Source: Candidatus Nealsonbacteria bacterium (lineage in GTDB: Bacteria > Patescibacteriota > Minisyncoccia > Minisyncoccales > JANBVM01). From it: a DNA stretch of 64,000 nt. This document shows positions 9,925 to 18,498 of this stretch, one piece after another. How positions within the stretch are numbered: position 1 is the stretch's first letter; every line of letters begins with the position of its first letter. Location of the stretch: assembly GCA_047456295.1 (NCBI GenBank), contig CP179887.1:175159-239158 (forward strand), written 5' to 3'. The notes below the pieces were generated by a model. It was given only the letters and a program-made list of their open reading frames with translations, made no database searches and was not told the DNA's origin. Position numbers and translations under genes: made by a program.

Positions 9925-10845
9925 ATGAGTAAAAATTTAAATTTCTTTCTGACGGCCCTGGTGGCAACCATATTCTTAGGATGGGGGATAAATGTTTCCC
10001 AGGAAAACTTGGAGGATTTTTTTTATGCTCAAATATCCCAGCCTTTTGTGGAAATTAGTTTGGTTAAAATACCCCCTAAATCCCAAAAACCAAAACCTGA
10101 GCTTCAGCTAGAATCAGCATTGTCAGTTAAAATTAATAAGTTTGGTAAGCAAAGGGTTGTTTTTAGAAAAGATGCTGTAAGGTCCCTGCCCATTGCCTCT
10201 TTAACAAAGTTGATGACAGGCCTCATTATTCTTGAAAACACGCCCCAGGATGATTTTAATTTCTCCAGAGCAATAACCATATCAAAAGAGGCAGCTAACC
10301 AAAATGACGTGCCTGTTTATGGTAATCTAAAACAAGGAGAGGTTTTTACAGTAAAAAAACTTTTAAGACTGATGCTTGCTTATTCAAGCAATGATGCAGC
10401 TTTTGCCCTTTCTGATATTGTGGATAATAAGGGTTTTATTGAAAGAATGAATCAAAAGGCAAAAGATTTAGGGCTTGAAAATACCTATTTTGTAAATTCC
10501 AGCGGTCTGGACCCTCAAGATCCAAAACAAATACCAAACTATTCCACCAGCCAGGACTTAATGACCCTTGCCAAATATATTCTTGAAAAATACCCTTTAA
10601 TATTTGAACTTTCTTTAAGCCAGGAACCTTATCCAACCCAAAACGGACTTTCTGATTTATCTCTGCCAGAAGAGCAACGATTTATAGGGGGGAAAACAGG
10701 TTATACTGAAAAAGCAGGAGGATGCATGCTCTCAATCATACAAGATGAAGAACAAAATCATTTCATTAGTGTGATTCTGGGCACTGATTCACCAATAGAC
10801 CGGGTTAAAGAAATGCAAAAATTAATAGACTGGTTAAATACATAA
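9925..10845 (+). CDS. serine-type D-Ala-D-Ala carboxypeptidase (S11, PBP5/6-like)
   Basis: N-terminal TM/signal segment; SxxK (ASLTK), SxN (SSND) and KTG (KTGYT) motifs. Confidence 0.85.
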   Translation: MSKNLNFFLTALVATIFLGWGINVSQENLEDFFYAQISQPFVEISLVKIPPKSQKPKPELQLESALSVKINKFGKQRVVFRKDAVRSLPIASLTKLMTGLIILENTPQDDFNFSRAITISKEAANQNDVPVYGNLKQGEVFTVKKLLRLMLAYSSNDAAFALSDIVDNKGFIERMNQKAKDLGLENTYFVNSSGLDPQDPKQIPNYSTSQDLMTLAKYILEKYPLIFELSLSQEPYPTQNGLSDLSLPEEQRFIGGKTGYTEKAGGCMLSIIQDEEQNHFISVILGTDSPIDRVKEMQKLIDWLNT

Positions 10846-11925
10846 ATGACCCTTTTCACTTTTAATATAATCAGGCTCTTGTTCTTGTCTGTCTTAACAG
10901 CTGGTATTTCTTTGATTTGGGCTCGTGTCTTGATAGGTGTTTTAAAAAGAATCAAATTCTGGAAAAAACAGGCAAGAAGAAAAACAATAACCAATGACGA
11001 AGCAACTGTTTTTTATTCCTTGCATAAAGAAAGGGAGGTTAGCGTCCCCCGGGCAGGGGGAATATTAATCTGGCTTTCTGTGCTGCTCGTCATATTCTTG
11101 TTCCTTGGATTGTCTTATCTTCCCAATCCCTGGTGGTTTAAAAATATAAATTTTCTATCCCGGAATGAAACCTGGCTGCCTTTACTCACCCTGGTGGCAG
11201 GCTCTATCATTGGACTGATTGATGATGTCTTAACTGTTTATGGGAAAGGAAAATATGTTGGCGGAGGAATGAGCTTTAGTAGAAGACTGATAATGGTTGT
11301 TTTAATCGGATTGGTTGGAGCATGGTGGTTTTATTTCAAACTTGATTGGAACACAATCCATATCCCTCTTGTTTTTAATTTCCCTGAAGGAATCAATCTA
11401 TTTATTGGTCCCTGGTATATCCCTCTTTTTGTTCTGGTAATGGTAGCTTCCTGGGCAGGGGGAGTGGTTGACGGTCTAGATGGATTGTCAGGCGGTGTTT
11501 TTGCTTCTATTTTTGGTGCTTTTTCAATTATTGCTTTTAGCCAGGGAAAAGCAGATCTAGCCACCTTTTGCGCCATCATCGGTGGAGCTATATTTGCTTT
11601 TTTGTGGTTTAACATTCCGCCAGCTAAATTCTATATGGGAGAAACAGGAATCTTGGGCCTAACCTCAACAATGGCTGTTATTGCTTTTTTAACAGATTCT
11701 GTATTGGTCTTGCCTTTGATTGCCGGGGTACTGGTTATTGAGGTAGGTTCAATCATCTTACAGCTTCTGTCTAAAAAATACCTTGGTAAAAAGATATGGC
11801 TGTGCACCCCTATCCATCATCATTTTGAAGCCAAAGGCTGGCCTGCTTATCAGGTAACCATGAGGTTGTGGATTATTAGTTTTGTTTTTGCCATCTTAGG
11901 GGTAGCCATCCGTTTGTTGGGATAA
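10846..11925 (+). CDS. mraY: phospho-N-acetylmuramoyl-pentapeptide transferase
   Basis: Polytopic membrane protein with GLIDD, DGLDGLSGG and TPIHHHFE motifs. Confidence 0.93.
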   Translation: MTLFTFNIIRLLFLSVLTAGISLIWARVLIGVLKRIKFWKKQARRKTITNDEATVFYSLHKEREVSVPRAGGILIWLSVLLVIFLFLGLSYLPNPWWFKNINFLSRNETWLPLLTLVAGSIIGLIDDVLTVYGKGKYVGGGMSFSRRLIMVVLIGLVGAWWFYFKLDWNTIHIPLVFNFPEGINLFIGPWYIPLFVLVMVASWAGGVVDGLDGLSGGVFASIFGAFSIIAFSQGKADLATFCAIIGGAIFAFLWFNIPPAKFYMGETGILGLTSTMAVIAFLTDSVLVLPLIAGVLVIEVGSIILQLLSKKYLGKKIWLCTPIHHHFEAKGWPAYQVTMRLWIISFVFAILGVAIRLLG

Positions 11926-11926
11926 T

Positions 11927-13300
11927 ATGAAAGCTCAATATCTCAGGAAAAAATATCCAATATTTGTCTATAATAATTATTCTTACAAGATTTCTAATAA
12001 AAATTTAGAAATTTTTTTTGATTTTAAAATTAAACCTGATATTGTTTTCAAACCCAGGGTAACCATATTAGGTATAAAAAAACCTGAAGTTAAAAAACAG
12101 GTATTGGACAACTTAATCTTTCATTTAGGTTTAATTGAGCTCTTGAGTTATTGGAAATCAACCTGTTCGCCAGAAATTCAAATTAAGGCAGGAAGCCTGA
12201 ATAAAGACCAGATTAAATGGTGGAAAGATTTAATAATCAATGGTATGGGCCAGTTTTTTTATGAAAACAGGATTAACTGGAAAATCCCTGAATTTTTAAA
12301 AATCATCCCTCGAAAAACAAATTCCTCTACAGTGATTTTTAAAGGGAAATTAAAAAACCAGGTCTTAGTACCAGTTGGAGGAGGAAAGGATTCAGCAGTT
12401 ACCCTGGAAATGTTGAAAAAAGCAAAAAAAGACATTTACTGTTTTTCTTTGAATCCAACGAAAAATGCAATAAAACTAATGGAAATTGCTGGTTGTGACA
12501 AACAAATCATTGTAAAAAGGAACATTGACCCCAGATTATTAGAACTGAATCTTGAGGGATTTTTAAACGGCCACACTCCTTTTTCAGCTTATCTGGCTTT
12601 TTTAAGTGTTCTGGTTTCTGTAATCTTTGGGCAAAAATACATTGCTTTTTCAAACGAAAGGAGTTCAAATGAAGGAAACCTAAGGTATCTGGGAAGAGAA
12701 ATCAATCATCAGTATTCAAAGACTTTTGATTTTGAAAAAAAGTTCAAGAAATATTCAAAGAAATATTTAGTAAAACAGGCTGAGTATTTTAGTTTTCTGA
12801 GACCCTTATATGAAATTCAGATTGCCAAATTATTTTCTCAATATCCTAAGTATTTTAAATCTTTTTTAAGCTGCAATGAAGCTTACAAAACTTACTCTGG
12901 CACTAAAAAACAAACTGGAAAATGGTGTAATAGGTGTCCCAAGTGTCTTTTTATCTTTTTGTGTTTCTATCCCTTCATAAATGAAAAAGAATTAATTAAA
13001 ATCTTTGGACAAAACCTTTTTGAAAAAAAGGGGTTGTTGTCTTTGATAAAAGAATTGATTGGTGAAAAGAAATTCAAGCCTTTTGAATGCGTGGGCACAA
13101 AAAAAGAAAGCTTGACAGGTTTTTATTTAAGCTGGAAAAAAGCTAGAAAAAAAGGAAAAACCTTGTCTTTTCTTTTAAAATATTTTGAAAATACTATTTT
13201 ACCTAAATATCCTGATCTGGAAAAAGATTCTAAAAAAATGATTAATTCCTGGAACAATCAACATGATCTACCTGAAAATTTTGTAAAAATACTTAAATAG
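11927..13300 (+). CDS. PP-loop (QueC-like) ATPase-family protein embedded in the mur cluster; candidate MurL-type epimerase
   Basis: 457 aa with a VPVGGGKDSAVT PP-loop-like motif and a C-terminal Cys cluster WCNRCPKCLF. It starts 1 nt after the mraY stop. Confidence 0.55.
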   Translation: MKAQYLRKKYPIFVYNNYSYKISNKNLEIFFDFKIKPDIVFKPRVTILGIKKPEVKKQVLDNLIFHLGLIELLSYWKSTCSPEIQIKAGSLNKDQIKWWKDLIINGMGQFFYENRINWKIPEFLKIIPRKTNSSTVIFKGKLKNQVLVPVGGGKDSAVTLEMLKKAKKDIYCFSLNPTKNAIKLMEIAGCDKQIIVKRNIDPRLLELNLEGFLNGHTPFSAYLAFLSVLVSVIFGQKYIAFSNERSSNEGNLRYLGREINHQYSKTFDFEKKFKKYSKKYLVKQAEYFSFLRPLYEIQIAKLFSQYPKYFKSFLSCNEAYKTYSGTKKQTGKWCNRCPKCLFIFLCFYPFINEKELIKIFGQNLFEKKGLLSLIKELIGEKKFKPFECVGTKKESLTGFYLSWKKARKKGKTLSFLLKYFENTILPKYPDLEKDSKKMINSWNNQHDLPENFVKILK

Positions 13301-13357
13301 TTGACATATTTAAGTAGTTTTGTTATAACATAAAAAAATACAAGAGGTGGTAGTTGT

Positions 13358-13672
13358 TTGACTGCACAACACATAAAAATAGAAGGGAGAGTAGAGATAG
13401 TAAATAAAAAAATATTTATTCACAACTTTCCGATTAAATTAACAGAAGGTCATCACATTTCCTTTACCTCACCTCTCTTCTTGGGAAACCAGGAATGGAA
13501 GTTAAAGAGAATGGGAGTGGGGGAACCAGGGGTTTCTATTGTTAAGAAAATCCTAGCTATTGATGGTGTGAAAAAACTCTCTATCTACTATCATAACTAT
13601 TTAGAGATAGAGACTGAAGGAAACACAAAAACTATTGCAAATGCAATAAAACTTCTAGTTAGTTCTTTATAG
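13358..13672 (+). CDS. hypothetical small protein, paralog of 14435..14728
   Basis: TTG start after RBS AGAGGTGG and a TTGACA promoter at 13301. The C-terminus ILAIDGVKKLSIYYHNYLEIET resembles LLEIPGVSEVLISANYLRIWIR of the 97-aa protein (Nfu_N-like pattern). Confidence 0.55.
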   Translation: MTAQHIKIEGRVEIVNKKIFIHNFPIKLTEGHHISFTSPLFLGNQEWKLKRMGVGEPGVSIVKKILAIDGVKKLSIYYHNYLEIETEGNTKTIANAIKLLVSSL

Positions 13673-13696
13673 AGCGGTTTAACTGCTCTTTTTTTA
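13671..13696 (+). terminator. rho-independent terminator
   Basis: AGAGCGG-TTTAA-CTGCTCT stem-loop followed by T7. Confidence 0.7.
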
Positions 13697-13729
13697 TTTT
13701 TATTTTAGGAGCAATTCTTCCTTTGACAG
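13681..13729 (+). repeat. terminator-arm/promoter repeat, copy 1
   Basis: AACTGCTCTTTTTTTATTTTTATTTTAGGAGCAATTCTTCCTTTGACAG is nearly identical to 14338-14385. Its first 27 nt recur at 14791-14817. Confidence 0.8.
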
Positions 13730-13829
13730 GGTTTTTATACTCCTTTCATTAATCATATTAGCTGGATAATATTATATGAACCAGTACAGAAGATTGACAT
13801 ATGACCCAAGAATAATATAATAAAAGTGT

Positions 13830-14054
13830 ATGAGAAGACAATTTACAGCGATTTATAAAAAAAGAGGGAGGTGGTATTTAGGTTGGGTTGAGGAAATTCC
13901 AGGGGTTAATACACAGGGAAAAACTCTTAAAGAGGTGAAAGAAAATCTCAAAGAGGCACTTTTGTTAATTTTAGAAACTAATCGGATTATTAATAAAAAA
14001 GAAATTTCTAAGGGCAGGGTTATTCGCGAGCCACTATCGATCTCTTTAAAATGA
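13830..14054 (+). CDS. hicB: HicB-family antitoxin (N-terminal domain only)
   Basis: 74 aa; YLGWVEEIPGVNTQGKTLKEVKENLKEAL matches the HicB/UPF0150 fold signature. TTGACA-N16-TATAAT promoter at about 13793-13820. ATGA overlap with hicA. Confidence 0.7.
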   Translation: MRRQFTAIYKKRGRWYLGWVEEIPGVNTQGKTLKEVKENLKEALLLILETNRIINKKEISKGRVIREPLSISLK

Positions 14055-14251
14055 AGCGCAAATACTTAATTAAGCATCTTATTAAAAATAGGTGTATTTT
14101 TATCAGAGAAGGCGCAAGACATAGCGTCTTTTTTAATCCTTTAATAAAGAAAACTTCTACTGTTCCCCGTCATAAAGAGATTGATGATTTTTTAGCAAAG
14201 AAAATTTGTCGAGATTTGGGTATAGAATCAATTAAAAAGAGGAGGAAATAA
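14051..14251 (+). CDS. hicA: HicA-family mRNA interferase toxin
   Basis: 66 aa with the pattern KYLIKHLIKNRCIFIREGARHSVFFNP...VPRHKEIDDFLAKKICRDLGI, typical of HicA (YcfA-like). Confidence 0.75.
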   Translation: MKRKYLIKHLIKNRCIFIREGARHSVFFNPLIKKTSTVPRHKEIDDFLAKKICRDLGIESIKKRRK

Positions 14252-14337
14252 ACAAAGTATAATTTATCTCTTTCTTGTCTTTTTTCTCCGGTCTCTAGCG
14301 AGAGAAAAAATATTACGAAAAAAGAACAAGGGCAGTT

Positions 14338-14385
14338 AACTGCTCTTTTTTTTATTTATTTTAGGGGCAATTCTTCCTTTGACAG
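14338..14385 (+). repeat. terminator-arm/promoter repeat, copy 2
   Basis: AACTGCTCTTTTTTTTATTTATTTTAGGGGCAATTCTTCCTTTGACAG. Its TTGACA, 17 nt and TATAGT form the promoter of the 97-aa gene. Confidence 0.8.
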
Positions 14386-14434
14386 AATTTTAAAAATCTA
14401 TTATAGTATAAATATTAGAAATAGGTGAAAGAAA

Positions 14435-14728
14435 TTGAACGTAGTAAAAGAAATTAGAATAGAGTTTCCGAAATATTCAGTTTTTTCCCGAATATACATT
14501 ACGAATAATAATATCTCAAATTTCCAGATTAGTGAGTTTGCGCAGTTTGCAAGAATGCTTGTTGCTCATAAAGACTTTGAAAAACTAGGGGATATCAAGG
14601 ATCTTCTTGAAATCCCTGGTGTTTCAGAGGTATTAATATCAGCTAATTATCTTAGGATATGGATTCGGGCAGGGTTTAGATGGGAAGATGTAGAACCCTC
14701 CATAATTGAATTCTTCTACCAAGCTTAG
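14435..14728 (+). CDS. hypothetical small protein (Nfu_N-like C-terminus), paralog of 13358..13672
   Basis: TTG start after AGGTGA. Hairpin GAGCAG...CTGCTC plus T-run downstream. Confidence 0.55.
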   Translation: MNVVKEIRIEFPKYSVFSRIYITNNNISNFQISEFAQFARMLVAHKDFEKLGDIKDLLEIPGVSEVLISANYLRIWIRAGFRWEDVEPSIIEFFYQA

Positions 14729-14790
14729 GATAAAAACTGTCTTAAAGTTCTTTAAAACAAATAATTAATGACGAGCAGTGTTATAATTTA

Positions 14791-14817
14791 AACTGCTCTT
14801 TTTTTTATTTATTTTAG
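14791..14817 (+). repeat. terminator-arm repeat, copy 3 (partial)
   Basis: AACTGCTCTTTTTTTTATTTATTTTAG lies directly upstream of murD. Confidence 0.75.
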
Positions 14818-14845
14818 TCAAATTTTATGTTATTTTAAAAGTAGG

Positions 14846-16165
14846 ATGAAACTGAAACATTTAGAAAAAAGAAAAATATTAATTTTGGGTCTGGGATTAG
14901 AGGGAATAGACAGCTTTATTTTTTTGAAGAAGATTTTTCCCAAAAAGGTTTTGGGAGTAGGGGACAGGCTGAGTTTAGAGGAATTAAACAATCAGACCAG
15001 AAAACTAATTAAGGAAAACAAAGAGGTCAAACTTCATTTGGGAAAAGATTATCTCAAAGCCCTTAAAAAATATGACATTATAATCAAATCTCCGGGAATT
15101 CCTCCCAGAAGAATAAAACCCTTTTTAACAAAAAAACAAGAGGTTATATCCTCAACCAAGATTTTCTTTGATAACTGCCCGGGTAAGATTGTGGGAATTA
15201 CAGGTACAAAAGGAAAAAGCACTACTTCTTCCTTAATTTATAAAATCTTAAAAGAGAACCTTATTAAAGCTTATCTGGTGGGAAATATAGGAAAGCCAGC
15301 ATTATCTTTTTTGCTGTTAGCTAAACCAAATAATGTGTATGTTTATGAACTTTCCAGTCATCAGCTTTTAGATGTTAAAAAAAGCCCCCAGATTGCTGTT
15401 TTTTTAAATATCTATCCAGAACATTTAGATTACTACCAGGGTTTTAAAGAATACGTAAAAGCTAAAGCCAATATCGCTAAATATCAAAATAAAGAAGATT
15501 TTCTGGTTTACAATTCTGAAGATAGAATTGTCAAAGGAATTGCCCAAAAATCTAAAGCAGAGAAAATTTCCATCAATTCGGTCAAGATTAAAAATATCAA
15601 TACTCATCTGAAAGGAAAATTTAACCTCCAGAACATAAAAGCTGCAATGGCTGTGGGAAGAATCTTTAAGATTTCAGACAAAAACATTATTAAAGCTATT
15701 AAAAGATTCAAGCCTCTGCCCCATAGACTAGAATACATAGGAGTCTACAAAGGTATTAAATTTTATAACGATGCTTTAGCTACCATCCCAGAAGCTACCA
15801 TGGCTGCCTTAGATACCCTGGGACAAGATGTTCAAACCATATTCCTGGGTGGATTTGATAGGGGAAGAAAGTTTGATAAATTGGTAAAAAGGATTTCAAA
15901 AAGTAAAATAAAGAATATCATTTTATTTCAAACAACCGGAGATATAATTTGGAGAGAGATAATCTCTCAAAAAAAGGAAAAGCAATTTAAGGTTTTTATA
16001 GTACAAAACATGGAAGATGCGGTAAAATTAGGTTTTGGATTTACCAAAAAGGGTAAAATCTGTCTGCTTTCCACTGCTTCTCCCAGCTTCGGTCTTTTCC
16101 GGAATTATAAAGAAAAGGGTAACTTATTCAAGAAATACATTAAAAAACATGGCAAAGCAAGGTAG
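14846..16165 (+). CDS. murD: UDP-N-acetylmuramoyl-L-alanine--glutamate ligase (MurD family)
   Basis: Mur ligase P-loop GITGTKGKSTT; MurD-like N-terminal Rossmann segment ILILGLGLEG. Confidence 0.9.
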   Translation: MKLKHLEKRKILILGLGLEGIDSFIFLKKIFPKKVLGVGDRLSLEELNNQTRKLIKENKEVKLHLGKDYLKALKKYDIIIKSPGIPPRRIKPFLTKKQEVISSTKIFFDNCPGKIVGITGTKGKSTTSSLIYKILKENLIKAYLVGNIGKPALSFLLLAKPNNVYVYELSSHQLLDVKKSPQIAVFLNIYPEHLDYYQGFKEYVKAKANIAKYQNKEDFLVYNSEDRIVKGIAQKSKAEKISINSVKIKNINTHLKGKFNLQNIKAAMAVGRIFKISDKNIIKAIKRFKPLPHRLEYIGVYKGIKFYNDALATIPEATMAALDTLGQDVQTIFLGGFDRGRKFDKLVKRISKSKIKNIILFQTTGDIIWREIISQKKEKQFKVFIVQNMEDAVKLGFGFTKKGKICLLSTASPSFGLFRNYKEKGNLFKKYIKKHGKAR

Positions 16166-17261
16166 AAGATGTGATTACATTTTGGTTACTATTACAGGTT
16201 TTTTAATAATCTTTGGAATTGTTGTCTTGGCCAGTGCTTCAACCTCTGTTTCCCTGCAAAAGTTTGGCACCACCTATTATCTGCTGGTTCATCAATTATT
16301 GCTGGCTTTGGTTCCTGGAATTCTGTTGGCTTTCTTGTTTTCAAAGATTCGTCTCAGTTTTTTTAAAAAGAAAGCACCCTTTTTTCTTTTCCTGAGTTTA
16401 TTATTAATGACAATGGTTTTTTTGCCTGTCATAGGAATGAAGTCTAGAAAGGCAGCCAGATGGATTTCATTGGGACCCATTTCTTTCCAACCGTCTGAGT
16501 TCTTAAAACTTACCTTTATACTTTATCTTGCCAGTTGGCTGGAGAGTAGAAATAGAATAACTTCATCCAAATTCAAAAAAAAATCCAAAGAGAATTTAAT
16601 TGCTTTTTTGGCAATCATTGGTTTGATAACCCTGCTTTTGGTCTTGCAATCAGATATCAGTACCTTAGGGGTAATTTTAGCTTGTGCCATGTTAATGTAT
16701 TTTTTTGCAAAAACACCGTTCTGGCACAGCATCTTAATAGTTCTGGTGGGCATGGGCAGTTTATTTGCCTTGATCAATCCTGTCCCTTACCGACTGGAAA
16801 GGGTCCTGGTGTTTTTAAACCCGGAAACAGATCCCATGGGAATAAGCTATCAGATAAAACATGCTTTAATTACTGTGGGTTCAGGAGGCATTTCTGGTTT
16901 GGGTCTGGGCATGTCCCAGCAAAAGTCCGGTCTTCTGCCCCATCCCATATCTGATTCAATCTTTGCTATCTTAGCTGAGGAAACAGGATTTATTGGATCT
17001 GCCATTTTAATTTTTCTCTTCTTGCTGTTTTTGTGGCGAGGTTATAAAATTGGAAAAGAAAGTAGTAGTCTGTTTTCCCGACTGACAGCCTTGGGAATAA
17101 CATCCTGGATCTTAATCCAGGCATTTGTCAATATAGGTTCCATGGTCGGAATCATTCCTTTAACCGGCATTCCCCTGCCTTTTGTCAGTTATGGAGGGTC
17201 AGCATTAATCACAGAACTTGCTGGAATAGGAATATTGTTGAATATTTCAAAACAAAACTAG
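16149..17261 (+). CDS. ftsW: SEDS-family peptidoglycan polymerase / lipid II flippase FtsW
   Basis: The ORF opens at 16035 inside murD. The plausible start is MAKQGRRCDYILV at 16149. Motifs PSEFLK and PLPFVSYGGSAL, about 10 TM segments. Confidence 0.9.
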   Translation: MAKQGRRCDYILVTITGFLIIFGIVVLASASTSVSLQKFGTTYYLLVHQLLLALVPGILLAFLFSKIRLSFFKKKAPFFLFLSLLLMTMVFLPVIGMKSRKAARWISLGPISFQPSEFLKLTFILYLASWLESRNRITSSKFKKKSKENLIAFLAIIGLITLLLVLQSDISTLGVILACAMLMYFFAKTPFWHSILIVLVGMGSLFALINPVPYRLERVLVFLNPETDPMGISYQIKHALITVGSGGISGLGLGMSQQKSGLLPHPISDSIFAILAEETGFIGSAILIFLFLLFLWRGYKIGKESSSLFSRLTALGITSWILIQAFVNIGSMVGIIPLTGIPLPFVSYGGSALITELAGIGILLNISKQN

Positions 17262-17291
17262 GAGTTTCAATTAAATTTCAAACATATATTT

Positions 17292-18419
17292 ATGAAAATT
17301 TTATTTACAGGCGGCGGTACCGGAGGCCATGTTTTACCAATAATAGCCATTGTCAGAGAGATAAGGAAGTTTTCTCCAAAGCAGAAATTTGATTTTTTTT
17401 ACATTGGTCCAAGGGACGAATTTAATAAACTCCTGCTTTCCCAGGAAGACATAAAGGTAAAAGAAGTATTAGCTGGCAAAATCAGAAGATATGTCAACTT
17501 AAAGAGTGTTTTTGAAAACCTGATAGATGTGCTGTTTAAAATACCCCTGGGTGTCTTACAAGCCTTTTTCCGCATCTTTTTTCTGAACCCTGACCTGATT
17601 TTCTCAAAAGGAGGTTTTGGTTCTGTCTCTACTGTAATAGCTGGTTGGATGCTGGGGGTACCCATATTCTTACACGAAGCTGATGCAGTCCCTGGACTGA
17701 CCAATAGGCTTTTAGCTAGGTTTTCTGTAGAGATATTTATTTCTTTTCCTAAAACCCCTTTTTTTCCTGAAGGGAAAATGATTCTGGTGGGAAATCCAAT
17801 CAGGAGAGAAATTCTGGGAGGATTAAAAAAAGAAGCTCTGGGTTTTTTAAAATTAACTGGAGAAAAGCCTGTTATCCTGGTTTTGGGCGGTTCCCAGGGA
17901 GCCCAAAGGATAAATGATAAAATCCTGGAGATATTACCCCTATTCTTAAAAGAGTTTGAACTCATTCATCAGTGCGGAGAAAACAATTTTAAGCAGGTAA
18001 AAGCTGAAGCAAAAGTAATGATAAGCAAAGATCTAGAAAAGTATTACCATTTATTTCCCTTTTTAAAAGAACAGGAGTTAAAAAGGGCTTATGCAGCCTG
18101 TGATTTGGTGGTTTCCAGGGCAGGATCAGGCACCATATTTGAAATAGCAGCTGTAGGAAAACCCTCTGTTTTAATCCCTTTGCCTGAATCAGCTCAAAAA
18201 CATCAATTTAAAAATGCCTATACCTATGCTGCCAATGGAGCTGCATTAGTACTGGAGGAAGAAAATTTCACTCCTCGTTTTTTTCTGGAGAAACTAAAAT
18301 ATCTCTCTTCTCATCCTGAAGAATTAGAAAAAATGAAGAATGCTGCCCAGGAGTTTGCCAATCCTCTGGCAGGAAAAACAATTGCTGGATATATATTATC
18401 TTATCTTTCCCCCAGCTAA
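17292..18419 (+). CDS. murG: UDP-GlcNAc:lipid I N-acetylglucosaminyltransferase
   Basis: MKILFTGGGTGGHVLP N-terminus and GT28 architecture. Confidence 0.92.
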   Translation: MKILFTGGGTGGHVLPIIAIVREIRKFSPKQKFDFFYIGPRDEFNKLLLSQEDIKVKEVLAGKIRRYVNLKSVFENLIDVLFKIPLGVLQAFFRIFFLNPDLIFSKGGFGSVSTVIAGWMLGVPIFLHEADAVPGLTNRLLARFSVEIFISFPKTPFFPEGKMILVGNPIRREILGGLKKEALGFLKLTGEKPVILVLGGSQGAQRINDKILEILPLFLKEFELIHQCGENNFKQVKAEAKVMISKDLEKYYHLFPFLKEQELKRAYAACDLVVSRAGSGTIFEIAAVGKPSVLIPLPESAQKHQFKNAYTYAANGAALVLEEENFTPRFFLEKLKYLSSHPEELEKMKNAAQEFANPLAGKTIAGYILSYLSPS

Positions 18420-18498
18420 TGTTATTTTATTTTAAAGAATCACTTTAAAATTCATTAAGGGATTGACTTAATAAAGAGCATGTTTCAAAATAAAATTG

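Noticed and set aside
16035-16148. Upstream extension of ftsW (ORF opens at 16035), and similar extensions of the recombinase (21772), cutA (37357), hrcA (47364) and the 101-aa ORF (31274)
   Set aside because: The extensions overlap the preceding gene or a promoter and add non-homologous residues. In each case an internal ATG restores the family-typical N-terminus.
17399-17965. 188-aa ORF antisense to murG
   Set aside because: It lies entirely inside, and opposite to, a strongly supported murG frame. The composition is low-complexity (S/P/K/F-rich) with no motifs.
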